Assembly: GCA_963822965.1 (NCBI GenBank)
Contig: CAWGJT010000005.1
Span: forward strand, 1,664,001-1,728,000
Length of the DNA stretch: 64,000 bases
Origin: an uncultured delta proteobacterium
GTDB taxonomy: Bacteria > Myxococcota_A > UBA9160 > UBA4427
Direction of reading: 5' to 3'
The notes below the pieces were generated by a model. The model was not told where the DNA came from, made no database searches, and saw only the letters and a program-made list of their open reading frames with translations. Shown in pieces: positions 14,867-24,973 of this stretch. The number at the start of each line of letters is the position of its first letter. Position 1 is the first letter of the stretch. The translations under genes were made by a program, and so were the position numbers.

Positions 14867-16249
14867 TCAGTCGATCCGCTGGATGGTGGCGCCCCGCAGC
14901 TCGCGCATGATCGGGTCGATGAGCGCCTCCTGGCGCAGCATGCGGCGGTGGAAGTACGCCACCAGGGGCCCGTCGAGGTCCGGATCCGCCTCGAGCACCA
15001 GCTCCTCCAGCGCCTCGTCGGCCTGCCGCCAGGAATCGGGCCGCTCGCCCAGCAGGCTGGCCACGTCGTCGAGGTCGTCCGCCTCGAGGGCCGGACCCAG
15101 GCGGTCGGCGCGGCGCAGGTACTCGGCGGTGCGGCGCGTGGCATCGAAGCGGTAGCCGGCGAACCCGTCGTCGCCCTCCTCGACCTCCTCCTTCGCGTGC
15201 GCCTCCAGCGCGTCGCGCAGCCAGTCGTGGGCCGCGCTGTGCCGCGTCGTCTCGGCGCCCGGCACCTCGACGGGGCTGAGCTCGAGGTCCATCTCCCGCG
15301 CGATCACATCGATGGGCGCGCGGCCGTACACCAGGTACCAGGACAGGTACTGCACGAAGTCCAGCCCCGGCGGCGGATTCGCCACCAGGTGGGCGACGGC
15401 CAGGGGCGTCACGATGGCGAAGCGCACCGTGTGGTAGTCGATCACGCTGCGATCCACGGGCGCGCCGGTGAGCTGCTCGTAGCGGCGCACCGCCCGGGAC
15501 AGGTCGCCGAGGGGCTCGCTCAGGTCGCGGCAGCGCATGCCCGCGAGATCGGCGGCGGGATCGCCCAGGCAGGCCAGCTCGAGGTCGAGGATGGCGGTGA
15601 CGTGTCCCTCGTCGAACAGGAACTGCCCCGCGTCCGCGCACAGGAACGACACCCGCTCCCGGTCGTGCGGCACGTTGCGGCGCACCCAGCCGATCACGAA
15701 CTCGAGCAGGGGCTCGGGCCGCTGCTTGTTGCGCCGGTAGCCGCGCTCCCAGACGTCGAAGTCGCCGAGCCCGAGCGCCTGGGGCGAGCTCGGACGCTCG
15801 AGGCCCACCTTCTCGAAGGCGGCTGGATCGATGGCGTGCATCTTCGCGAGCAGCGACATGTACTCGTCGAGCACGGCCACCCGCTCGACGTCGTCCCGGG
15901 CGGTGCGCAGATTCGCCCGGCCGGGGCAGCGCTCCATCACGATGCCCCGGGGCTCCGGGCAGAACCCGTACACGTGGGGCACGGGGATGTCGTTCTGCTC
16001 GAGCACCTGCAGCACGTTCATCTCGTGCTCGAGCGCGTAGGCGCCGTGGTCCGCCTCGCCGCGCTCGCCGCGAAAGTAGAGGGGCAGGGTGTCGCCGCCG
16101 CGCTCGAGGTCGAGGAACCAGGCCGGCCGCCAGCGCGCCTGGCGCTGGGCGCGCACGATGCGGCCCCCGAGCTCCGTCTCGATCCAACCGAAGGCACGCT
16201 TCCACTCCGCGGGCATGGCCGCGGGAATGCCGGGGGGCGTCGCGCTCAC
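14867..16249 (-). CDS. Aminoglycoside phosphotransferase (APH)-family kinase
   Basis: LEHEMNVLQVL...IPVPHVYG, Brenner-like FLCADAGQFLF, ILDLELACLGDPAADL; GTG start overlaps SDR stop. Confidence 0.8.
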   Translation of the reverse strand: MSATPPGIPAAMPAEWKRAFGWIETELGGRIVRAQRQARWRPAWFLDLERGGDTLPLYFRGERGEADHGAYALEHEMNVLQVLEQNDIPVPHVYGFCPEPRGIVMERCPGRANLRTARDDVERVAVLDEYMSLLAKMHAIDPAAFEKVGLERPSSPQALGLGDFDVWERGYRRNKQRPEPLLEFVIGWVRRNVPHDRERVSFLCADAGQFLFDEGHVTAILDLELACLGDPAADLAGMRCRDLSEPLGDLSRAVRRYEQLTGAPVDRSVIDYHTVRFAIVTPLAVAHLVANPPPGLDFVQYLSWYLVYGRAPIDVIAREMDLELSPVEVPGAETTRHSAAHDWLRDALEAHAKEEVEEGDDGFAGYRFDATRRTAEYLRRADRLGPALEADDLDDVASLLGERPDSWRQADEALEELVLEADPDLDGPLVAYFHRRMLRQEALIDPIMRELRGATIQRID

Positions 16250-17124
16250 GCCGGGACGTCTCCGTCTCCAGAATCGGGGATGCGGTCGTCTCCGGAATCC
16301 GGAACGTGGTCGAAGGCTGCGAGAATGCGCTCGAAGCGTTGGGCCAGCTTGGTGCGCATCTCGGGGTGCGTGAACACGTAGAGATCGTCGCGCAGCACGG
16401 CGTCGCGCACCATGTACCCGACGCGCAGGGGATCGATTCCCGCCGCAATTCCCCGCTGGACGGCCGCCCGCAGGGCGACCCCCGTCGCGTCGTCGTCGGT
16501 CGGGGGACCGCCGAGGCGCTCCGGACGGTTGCGACCGCTGGCGACGATGGCGGTGTTCACGTTGCCCGGGCACAGCACCGTCGCCGACAGACCGAACGCC
16601 GCCCCCTCGAGCCGCAGGGTCTCGGTGAGGCCCACCACGGCGAACTTGCTGGCCACGTAGGGGCCCAGGATCGGGTAGGGCTGCATGCCCGCCATCGAGG
16701 CGGTGTTCACCACGTGCTTCTCGCCGGGCTGCGCCTTCATGCGCGGCAGAAAGGCCTGCAGGCCGTTCACCACTCCCAGCAGGTTGACGCCCAGCACCCA
16801 GTGCCAGTCCGCGTCCGAGGCCGTGTCGAGGGTGCCGACCGAGGCGACGCCGGCGTTGTTGCACAGCAGGTGCACGGCGCCGAAGCGCTCGTAGACCTGC
16901 TGCGCGAGGGATTCCACCGAGTCGCGCTCGGCCACGTCCGTGCGCAGCGCCATGGCATGGGCGCCCTGTTCGGCCAGCTCCGCGGCCACCCGCTCGGCGG
17001 CGGCCTCCTCGATGTCCGCCACCACCACCTTCATGCCCGAGGTCGCGAAGGCCGTCGCCATGCCGCGGCCGATGCCGCTGCCCCCGCCCGTCACGACCGC
17101 GACCCTGCCTTCGAGTGACTTCAC
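16246..17124 (-). CDS. Short-chain dehydrogenase/reductase
   Basis: TGGGSGIG, NNAG, YVASK. Confidence 0.93.
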   Translation of the reverse strand: MKSLEGRVAVVTGGGSGIGRGMATAFATSGMKVVVADIEEAAAERVAAELAEQGAHAMALRTDVAERDSVESLAQQVYERFGAVHLLCNNAGVASVGTLDTASDADWHWVLGVNLLGVVNGLQAFLPRMKAQPGEKHVVNTASMAGMQPYPILGPYVASKFAVVGLTETLRLEGAAFGLSATVLCPGNVNTAIVASGRNRPERLGGPPTDDDATGVALRAAVQRGIAAGIDPLRVGYMVRDAVLRDDLYVFTHPEMRTKLAQRFERILAAFDHVPDSGDDRIPDSGDGDVPA

Positions 17125-17367
17125 CGTTCCTCCAAGCGCGCTCGCGCTGCCTGCGGTGTTCCTTCGGATCCCACGAGGCCTGTATCCGTTCCTCGCGTCT
17201 TCGTGTCCGGTTGCGGAATCCGTGTCCGATCCGTCGCCGCAGGCGCTCCGGCCGGCACGCCGACGAGCCGATCATAGCTGCGACGCCGATGCGCGCTGAC
17301 CTAGACTCGGGCTGCGCGGCGGCCAGATGCAGCGCACGCCGACGAACCCCACACGAGGAAGCCCGCC

Positions 17368-18711
17368 ATGACCGATTCCGCCCCTTCCGAGAAGCCCTTC
17401 CACCTGCAGGGCAACTTCGCGCCCGTGAAGGACGAGCTCTTCGAGACGAGCCTCGAGGTGGAGGGTGCCATCCCGCCCGAGCTCAGCGGCCTCTACGTTC
17501 GCAACGGCGCCAATCCGGTGACGGGGGAGTCCGAGCACTGGTTCCTCGGCAACGGCATGCTGCACGGCGTGCGTCTGGAAGGCGGTCGCGCCCGCTGGTA
17601 CAAGAACCGCTACGTGCGGACGCCGCTCCTCGAGAACCCGGAGATGTCGCGCATCTCGCCCACGGGCGACATCGACCACCTGGCCTCCGCGGCCAACACC
17701 CACATCATCCGGCACGCGGGCCGCATCCTGGCCCTCGAAGAAGGCGCCTTTCCCTACGAGGTGACGGGCGATCTCGAGACCGTCGGTCCCCACGACTACG
17801 GCGGCAAGCTCACCACCGCCATGACCGCGCACCCGAAGATCTGTCCCGAGACGGGCGAGCTCGTCTTCTTCGCCTATCGCCAGCTACCGCCCTACCTCGT
17901 CTACCACCGCGCCGACGCCCAGGGCAATCTCGTGCAGTCCACCGAGATCAGCGTCGGCGGTCCCACCATGATGCACGACTTCCAGATCACCCGGAACCAC
18001 ACGATCTTCATGGACCTGCCGGTGGTCTTCGACCTGCAGCTCGCCATCCAGGGCTTGATGCCGTTCCACTGGAGCGACGACTATCCGGCTCGCATCGGCA
18101 TCCTGCCCCGCGAAGGCGGCGACGCGGACGTGCGCTGGTTCGACATCGACCCCTGCTACGTCTTCCACACCATGAACGCCTGGGACGAGGACGACCGGGT
18201 GATCTTCGACGTCTGTCGCATCAGCGAAGTCTGGCGCAACCCGGGCGAGATGGCGGGCGACGGCGTGCAGACCCTGCACCGCTTCACCTTCGATCTCGCC
18301 GGCGGCACCACCAAGGAGGAGACCCTGGACGATCGCGGCATGGACTTCCCGCGCATCGCCGACGCCCGGGTGGGGCTCAGGAACCGCTACGGCTACACCC
18401 TGCAGTTCGGCGCCGGACCGGAAGGTCCCGGCTTCGCGGGCCACCTGCAGTTCGACCTGGCCAACGGGCGGAGCAAGCTGCACGACTACGGTCCGGGCTG
18501 CAATCCGGGCGAGCCCGTGTTCGTGCCCGCACCCGGCAGCGACCCCGACAGCGACGAGGGCTGGGTGATGTCGTACGTCCACAGCGACACCAGCGACCGT
18601 ACGGAGCTCGTGATCCTCGACGCCACGCGCTTCGACCAGGCGCCGGTGGCGCGCGTCAAGCTCCCCCAGCGCGTGCCCTACGGGTTCCACGGCAGCTGGA
18701 TCGGCGACTGA
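17368..18711 (+). CDS. Carotenoid/lignostilbene cleavage dioxygenase family (RPE65-like)
   Basis: GNFAPV, YVRNGANP, GMLHGV, TAHPK, MHDF, FHTMNAW, GEPVFVP, PYGFHGSW (four His ligands). Confidence 0.93.
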   Translation: MTDSAPSEKPFHLQGNFAPVKDELFETSLEVEGAIPPELSGLYVRNGANPVTGESEHWFLGNGMLHGVRLEGGRARWYKNRYVRTPLLENPEMSRISPTGDIDHLASAANTHIIRHAGRILALEEGAFPYEVTGDLETVGPHDYGGKLTTAMTAHPKICPETGELVFFAYRQLPPYLVYHRADAQGNLVQSTEISVGGPTMMHDFQITRNHTIFMDLPVVFDLQLAIQGLMPFHWSDDYPARIGILPREGGDADVRWFDIDPCYVFHTMNAWDEDDRVIFDVCRISEVWRNPGEMAGDGVQTLHRFTFDLAGGTTKEETLDDRGMDFPRIADARVGLRNRYGYTLQFGAGPEGPGFAGHLQFDLANGRSKLHDYGPGCNPGEPVFVPAPGSDPDSDEGWVMSYVHSDTSDRTELVILDATRFDQAPVARVKLPQRVPYGFHGSWIGD

Positions 18712-18750
18712 GCCCACGCGCCCGGGCGGGTCGGGCGTGTGCGCGCGATA

Positions 18751-18777
18751 CGGGTGCGGGTGCGGGTGCGGGTGCGG
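18751..18777. repeat. (CGGGTG)4.5 hexamer tandem repeat between convergent genes
   Basis: Direct reading: cgggtgcgggtgcgggtgcgggtgcgg. Confidence 0.8.
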
Positions 18778-18792
18778 AAAGGAAGAGCGCGC

Positions 18793-21108
18793 TCAGCCGG
18801 CCGTGAGGGTCGGCCGCCAGGTGCCGCGCAGCGCGTGCACCAGCGCGAAGCCGTAGCACGCGAAGGCGGCGAGGGAGGCCGCCGGAAAGCCGAAGCCCAC
18901 GGCCACCGCGATGCCCAGCACCGAGGCCAGCACCGAGGCGACGCCGTTCACCCCCCAGGCGTACGCGATGCCGGTGGGGTGCAGCACCCGGAAGCGGCGG
19001 AGCCCCAGCGGCATCGCCATGCCCAGGGCGACGCCCACCGGCCCGATCAGCACGAAGGCGATCACGATGCGCCCGGCGAGGGGCAGATCGATGAGCGCCC
19101 GCAGCAGCGGCTGCAGCCCCAGCGCCGAGAGCCCGATCAGTACCACGGCCGCCGCCAGCGCCCCGACCAGCGCACGCTTCGTGTCGTCGAAGCGGTTCGA
19201 GACGAGCGATCCCACCCCCGAGAACACCAGCAGCGAGGCCAGCACCACCGAGAGCGCGTAGGTCGGAAAGCCCAGGAAGAGCACGAAGCGCTGGATGAGG
19301 ACCACCTCGAGCAGCATGAAGCCGAGCCCGATGGCGGCGAAGTAGCTGAGCGAGGACAGGGCGGGACGCTCCACGTGGGTGGTGAGCCAGAGCGGCAGCA
19401 CGAAGGCCAGCAGCGACAGCACCGTCAGGATGCCCAGGGTCACCATCAGCAGCAGGAAGGGCGAGCGCGCGTAGTGGTAGCCGGCCCCGCCCGAGAGCAG
19501 ATGCCCCCAGCGGTGCATGTTGAAGAAGAAGGGCTTGTCGTCGGTGGGTGGTGCGATCTGCAGCGGGTAGTCGCGCACGAAGGCCTCGAGGCTCGGCGCC
19601 TCGGCCAGGCCCTTCCAGGCGCCCCGATAGGGACCGCCCGCCGCGAACACCACGCCCTGGCCGCGCACCTCCGCCAGCTTGCGGATGCGCGCCAGCTCGG
19701 GCTTCGTGAAAGGCTCGAGCCGGGAGAGGATCGTCGCGAAGGGTGGTCCCAGCAGGTCGCGTCCCTGGACGACGACCAGGTGGTCACCGGGATTCTCGAT
19801 GCCGCGCTGCTCGAGGGCCGCCCAGGTGAGCACCGTGGCGCGGATGGCCTCGTCGCCCACCAGCTTGAGGAGCCGCGACACGTTCAGGATGCCGCCGGGC
19901 GCCAGGTGGTCGAAGTAGAGCTGGAAGGCCTCGAGGGTGTAGAGGTTGTTCTCGGTGAGCGCGTAGCCCTGGGCGGCGTTGGCGCTGAGCGTGTCGGTGA
20001 AGCCCAGGTGGATCTGGTCGTAGCGCTCGCGGCTGCTGGCGAGCACCGAGCGACCGTCGCCCACGGTGGTGGCCACGCCGGCGCGGGTGTAGGGCGCGCC
20101 GGAGAGCGCGCGCAGGTCGCCGTCCACCACGTGTACGATGCCCTGGTTCAGCTCGATCACGTCGACGGGCTGCTGCGCCTCCGAGAGCGCCGTGTAGATG
20201 TCGCGGCCGCCGCCGCCGCCGATCACAAGCGCGCGGCCGGGACCCGTGATCTCGTAGCCGATGCTCTGGGGGCCGGTGACGAGCTCGCGCCAGCCGGGGA
20301 GCCGGGCCTCGTCGACGATGGGAACCGGCGCGTAGACCCGGTCGTAGACCACCGCCGCGAAGCGCTCGTTGTTCTCGCCGCGCATGCCGAGCACCCGGGC
20401 GAGGGGCGTCCAGCGGTCGGCGAAGATCTTCGCGTTGCCGGGCAGCCCGCCGGACAGATACAGCAGCCCGGTGGTCTGGGAGAGCAGCAGCACGAGCGCC
20501 GCCAGTGCGGCGGCCGCCAGCGCCGGACGCCGGGCGCGGGGCTCGTCCGACGGGGCGAAGAGCCAGGCGGCTCCCGCGACCAGCGCACCCAGGGCCACCA
20601 GCAGGACGGGCGCCGGACCGAGCCCCAGCAGCGGCACCACCACCAGCGCACCGATCCCCGCGCCCACCAGGTCGTAGGCGTACACCGGCCCGATCCACGC
20701 CGTGAAGCGGTCGATGGTGAGCGCCACCACCACGCCCGACGCCAGGGACGGAAGCGCCGTCACCACGCACGCAATCGTCAGGTTGGCGATGAAGCCGAGG
20801 TCGACGGTCTTCTCGGATGCGAGGTTCAAGCGCACCAGCACCAGCGGCAGCAGCACCAGCAGCGCCGCGAAGATCGCGCTCCAGCGCGAGAGCATCGCCT
20901 CCACCGAGCGGCCCGCGAACCAGCCCGGACGCACGTAGATGAGCAGCGCGCCCGCCCCCACCCCCAGCATCGCCAGCGAGATGGCCAGGAAGCTGAAGTG
21001 GTAGGCGAGGACCGCGGAGAAGAGACGGGTCACCACCACCTGCAGCATCAGGGTGCTGGCGGTGACGATCCCGAGTGCGAAGAGGGTGAAGCGCGAAGGC
21101 GCCTGCAT
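18793..21108 (-). CDS. Polytopic membrane protein with spermidine-synthase-like SAM-binding domain
   Basis: N- and C-terminal TM clusters, YAYDLVGAGIG, ALVIGGGGGRD, GDGRS, LYTLEAF, PTDDKPFF. Confidence 0.82.
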   Translation of the reverse strand: MQAPSRFTLFALGIVTASTLMLQVVVTRLFSAVLAYHFSFLAISLAMLGVGAGALLIYVRPGWFAGRSVEAMLSRWSAIFAALLVLLPLVLVRLNLASEKTVDLGFIANLTIACVVTALPSLASGVVVALTIDRFTAWIGPVYAYDLVGAGIGALVVVPLLGLGPAPVLLVALGALVAGAAWLFAPSDEPRARRPALAAAALAALVLLLSQTTGLLYLSGGLPGNAKIFADRWTPLARVLGMRGENNERFAAVVYDRVYAPVPIVDEARLPGWRELVTGPQSIGYEITGPGRALVIGGGGGRDIYTALSEAQQPVDVIELNQGIVHVVDGDLRALSGAPYTRAGVATTVGDGRSVLASSRERYDQIHLGFTDTLSANAAQGYALTENNLYTLEAFQLYFDHLAPGGILNVSRLLKLVGDEAIRATVLTWAALEQRGIENPGDHLVVVQGRDLLGPPFATILSRLEPFTKPELARIRKLAEVRGQGVVFAAGGPYRGAWKGLAEAPSLEAFVRDYPLQIAPPTDDKPFFFNMHRWGHLLSGGAGYHYARSPFLLLMVTLGILTVLSLLAFVLPLWLTTHVERPALSSLSYFAAIGLGFMLLEVVLIQRFVLFLGFPTYALSVVLASLLVFSGVGSLVSNRFDDTKRALVGALAAAVVLIGLSALGLQPLLRALIDLPLAGRIVIAFVLIGPVGVALGMAMPLGLRRFRVLHPTGIAYAWGVNGVASVLASVLGIAVAVGFGFPAASLAAFACYGFALVHALRGTWRPTLTAG

Positions 21109-21171
21109 CGGCGCAATCTAGCAGGAAAGAAGGGCTTTCAGGCTCGGCGGGCGCGTCCCGTGGCCAAATTC

Positions 21172-21203
21172 GACCGTGTGGTCTAAATTCCGACCCGCTG
21201 GTC
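21172..21203. promoter_or_regulatory. Tandem putative TetR operators GACC-N4-GGTC
   Basis: GACCGTGTGGTC (21172-21183) and GACCCGCTGGTC (21192-21203), each preceded by AAATTC(C), upstream of the Rieske-TetR operon. Confidence 0.65.
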
Positions 21204-21222
21204 GCTTTCAGGGAGGTGCCCG

Positions 21223-22191
21223 ATGATCCCGAATCGCTGGTATCCGGTGCTGGAGTCGCAGCGGCTCCGCGGTCGGCCCGTGGGCGTCACGCGGCTCGGC
21301 CGGAAGCTCGTCCTGTGGCGCGACCGCGAGGGCCGCGCCCACGCCGCCCCCGAAGCCTGTCCCCACCGCGGCGCCTCCCTGGCCGGCGGACGCGTGGTGG
21401 ACGGCGAGCTTCGCTGTCCCTGGCACGGCTTCCGCTTCGCGGGCGACGGCGCCTGCACGGCCATCCCCTGCGAGGGTCGCGACGCGCGGCCGCCCCGGGC
21501 CATGGCACTCCACGTGCTGCCCCTGCGCGAGGCCCACGGGCTCTGCTGGCTGTGGCACGGCGAGGCGCGCGCCGAGCTTCCCGCCATTCCCTTCTTCGAC
21601 GACGAAGTGGGCGACGACTGGCAGGCCACCGCCCAGACGTCGTACGTCCTGCCCTACCACTACAGCCGCATGGTGGAGACCAATCTGGACATCCACCACA
21701 GCCCCTTCGTACACGGCCGGGTCTTCCCCACCGGCGAGCGCGTCGATCCCTTCGAGGCCCACCTCGATGGCGACCGCATCCGCACCCGCGGCGTGCTGGT
21801 GCGCGAAGGCAAGCCCGGCGGCTTCGCGTTCCGCGCGGACTGCCAGCTTCCGAACCTGGGCTTCGTGGGCCTGGGCGAGAAGCTCCACATCGTGATCGCC
21901 GCCACCCCGGTGGACGACCACCATTCCTGGATGTGGTTCCGCTACTACCAGGGCTACACGCGCTTCCGCCCGCTGGGCCGGCTCATCTGCTGGATCGCCG
22001 TGCAGCTCGAGCTGCGCATCGTCCAGCGCCAGGACTGGCGCATCTTCGCCGGCCTGCCGGGAGGCACGGTGGACGACTTCCCGTACCGCTTCGTGCACGC
22101 CGACCAGGGCATCGCGCTGTACCGCAAGCGACGCGCCGAGCTGCTGGCGGAGGCGGGCCGCGTTGCGACGCCCGTGCGCGAGGCCGTCTGA
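21223..22191 (+). CDS. Rieske non-heme iron oxygenase alpha subunit (VanA/KshA-like)
   Basis: CPHRG...CPWHG Rieske motif; ETNLDIHHSPFVH mononuclear iron site. Confidence 0.92.
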   Translation: MIPNRWYPVLESQRLRGRPVGVTRLGRKLVLWRDREGRAHAAPEACPHRGASLAGGRVVDGELRCPWHGFRFAGDGACTAIPCEGRDARPPRAMALHVLPLREAHGLCWLWHGEARAELPAIPFFDDEVGDDWQATAQTSYVLPYHYSRMVETNLDIHHSPFVHGRVFPTGERVDPFEAHLDGDRIRTRGVLVREGKPGGFAFRADCQLPNLGFVGLGEKLHIVIAATPVDDHHSWMWFRYYQGYTRFRPLGRLICWIAVQLELRIVQRQDWRIFAGLPGGTVDDFPYRFVHADQGIALYRKRRAELLAEAGRVATPVREAV

Positions 22192-22193
22192 CC

Positions 22194-22766
22194 ATGGCGA
22201 GCCACGAGCCGGCGGCCGTCCGCCGGGCCCAGATCCTCGAGGCCGCTCTCCACTGCTTCGGCGAGAAGGGCCTGCACGCGGCCCGCATGGACGACATCGC
22301 GCACGCCTCGGGCCTCTCGAAGGGCGCCATCTACTTCCACTTCGAGAGCAAGGACGAGATCTTCCGCGCGCTCTTCCATGCCTTCGAGGAGGCGCTCTTC
22401 ACCGACTGGGACGCGCTGCCGCGCGGCAGCGCCCTCGAGACCCTGCGCGCCATCGGCCAGATCGCCCTGGAGAAGCTGCTGCAGCTGCGGCCCCTGCTGG
22501 CCGCCTGGACCGAGTTCCTCCGGCAGCCCGAGTCGCGCGCGCACATGGCGGAGGTGTACCGGCAGAGCCGCGCGCGCATCGCGGCCACGGTGCGGGCCGG
22601 AATCGACTCGGGCGAGCTGCGCGAGACGAGCCCCGAGCACGTGGCCGCCGTGCTCACCGCCCTCATCGAGGGACTGCTGCTGCAGGCCTTCGTCGACCCC
22701 GACTACGACCCGCTGCCGGCCTGGCCCACCGCCTGGGAGGTGGTGGGCCGCGGCCTGGCGGCCTGA
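22194..22766 (+). CDS. TetR/AcrR family regulator
   Basis: RAQILEAA...MDDIAHASGLSKGAIYFHFESKDEIF. Confidence 0.93.
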   Translation: MASHEPAAVRRAQILEAALHCFGEKGLHAARMDDIAHASGLSKGAIYFHFESKDEIFRALFHAFEEALFTDWDALPRGSALETLRAIGQIALEKLLQLRPLLAAWTEFLRQPESRAHMAEVYRQSRARIAATVRAGIDSGELRETSPEHVAAVLTALIEGLLLQAFVDPDYDPLPAWPTAWEVVGRGLAA

Positions 22767-22784
22767 CCGCCGCGGGCTCCGGTT

Positions 22785-24037
22785 CTACGCCTCGGGCTTC
22801 AGCTTGTAGCGGATGGGCAGGTGCTTCACGCCGCCCACCAGCGTGGAGCGCAGGCGCTCCACCGGGCCCGCCAGCTCGATCGACTCGATGCGCGGCAGCA
22901 GGTGCTTGTAGGCGATGGCCATCTCGAGGCGCGCCAGGTGGGAGCCGGCGCAGAAGTGCTCGCCGATCCCGAAGCCCAGGTGGCGGTTCGGGTTGCGGTC
23001 GATGCGGAACGTGAAGGGATCGTCGAAGATCGACTCGTCGCGGTTCGCCGAGGGATAGAAGAGCGCCACCGACTCGTCCTTCTTGATCACCTTGCCGCGG
23101 ATCTCGTAGTCCTCGGTGGCGGTGCGCGCGAAGTGGATGATGGGCGACGACCAGCGCACCACCTCCTCCACGGCCGACTGCAGCAGCGACGGCTTCTGCC
23201 TGCAGCTTCCAGATCTCCTCGGGTTCTGGATGAAGGCGAGCATGCCGCCGCTGGTGCCGTTGCGGGTGGTCTCGTTGCCGGCGATCACGATGATGAGGCA
23301 CCAGGCCAGCACGTCCATGGACTCGAGCGGCTTGCCCTCGTACTCGAGAGTGGTGAAGAGCGTGATGAGGTCGTCGGCGGGCTTCTTCTTCTTCTCCTCG
23401 ACCATCTTGGTGAAGTAGGTGAAGAGCTCGACCATGGCCGCGCGCGAGCTCTCGATGGGCGTCTTCCCTTCCTCGGTGAACTCCGCGTCGCCCGCGCCGA
23501 TGATGTGGTTCGTCCAGTCGAAGAGCAGGGGCCAGTCGGGCTTCGGCACCCCCAGCAGCCAGCCGATCACCGCGATGGGCAGCGGCGCCGACACCTCCTT
23601 CACGAAGTCGCACTCGCCCTCGTCGGTCGTCGGTCGACCAGCGCGTCGACGATCTCCTTGCCGATCTTCTCGATGTCGTGGTCGATCTTCTTGAGGCCCC
23701 GCGGCGTGAAGCGGGTGCTGATCATCTTGCGGAAGATGCCGTGCTTCGGCGGGTCCATCTGGATCAGCGTCTGCGGGAACGCGTCCATCTCGTTGGGCTG
23801 CTCGGGCTCGTGGCTGATCGTGAGCCGCGGGCCGTTCAGGAAGATGTCCGGCCGCTTCGAGATCGCCATCACGTCGGCGTGCTTCGTGATGGCCCAGAAG
23901 GGGAGCCCCTCCGTGCGGTCCCACCAGTGGATCGGATCCTCCCGGCGCAGGCGCGTCCAGACGTGGTGCGGGTAGCCCCACTGCGCGTAGCCGTCGGGGT
24001 GGATGATGTTGAAGTCGTCGGGCGGGGTGGTCGCCAT
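22785..24037 (-). CDS. Cytochrome P450 (CYP125/CYP124-like); frameshifts near 23630 and 23190-23220
   Basis: FWAITKHADV, MDPPKH, IAGNETTRN, EEVVR, FGIGEHFCAG. Confidence 0.9.
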
Positions 24038-24108
24038 GGGGTCCCTCCTGCGCGGGGCATCGTCTCCGTGCTCCGCGTGTGGAGCTTAGCGCCCGGAGAC
24101 GGCGTGCC

Positions 24109-24969
24109 TCACGTGTCGGCGTCGACGGAGAGCGGCTGAAGCGGATTTACACCGTCCAGAATCGAGCGCATGCGCGCCTCGAAGAGCTCGCGGTAGCTGG
24201 CATCCGGCAGGATCCAGAAGCGCCCCGCGCGGATGCCCTCGAAGGCGTGGGCGGCGAGCTCGTCCGGCGGCATCCCCGCCTGGATGCCGGCCGCCAGCCC
24301 CTGGGCGAAGGCGCGCTCGGCCTCGGACGAGAGCGGCGTGGCGGCGCCCTTCTCCGGGGGACGCACCCGCTCGGAGGCGGCGATCCCGGTGGCGACCGCG
24401 CCGGGGCACAGGCACGAGACGCCCACGTGGTCGTGCCCGCGCGCCACCAGCTCGTGGTAGATCACCTCGGAGAGCGCCACCACCGCGTGCTTCGAGACGA
24501 TGTAGGGCGCGAGGAAGGGCCCCACCAGCAGTCCGCCCACCGAGGCGGTGTTCACGATGCGCGCGGGCTCGCCCTGCTCGATCAGGATCGGCAGGAAGAC
24601 CCTGGCGCCGTGGATGCAGCCGAAGACGTTGACCCCGAGCACCCACTCCCAGTCCTCGGCGCTGCGCTCCCACGCGCAGCCCGGCACCAGCACGCCGGCG
24701 TTGTTGAAGACCAGGTGGATGCTTCCGAACTCCGAGCGCGCGGCCACGGCGAGGGCGTCCACCTCGTCCGCGCGCGAGACGTCCGTGGGCACCGCCAGCG
24801 CGCGGGCACCGCGCGCCGCCGCCAGCTCGCGGGTCTCCTCGAGGTTCGGGCGGTCGACGTCCGCCACGACCACCGACATGCCCTCGTCGGCGCAGCGCAG
24901 CGCCAATGCGCGCCCGATGCCGCTGGCCGCGCCCGTCACCACCGCCGTACGCCCGCGAAAGTCGTCCAC
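24109..24969 (-). CDS. Short-chain dehydrogenase/reductase
   Basis: TGAASGIG, NNAG, YIVSK. Confidence 0.93.
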   Translation of the reverse strand: MDDFRGRTAVVTGAASGIGRALALRCADEGMSVVVADVDRPNLEETRELAAARGARALAVPTDVSRADEVDALAVAARSEFGSIHLVFNNAGVLVPGCAWERSAEDWEWVLGVNVFGCIHGARVFLPILIEQGEPARIVNTASVGGLLVGPFLAPYIVSKHAVVALSEVIYHELVARGHDHVGVSCLCPGAVATGIAASERVRPPEKGAATPLSSEAERAFAQGLAAGIQAGMPPDELAAHAFEGIRAGRFWILPDASYRELFEARMRSILDGVNPLQPLSVDADT

Positions 24970-24973
24970 GGCG

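Noticed and set aside
16255..16312. Duplicated PDSGD peptide at the SDR C-terminus
   Set aside because: Small local duplication in a disordered tail; no further copies seen.
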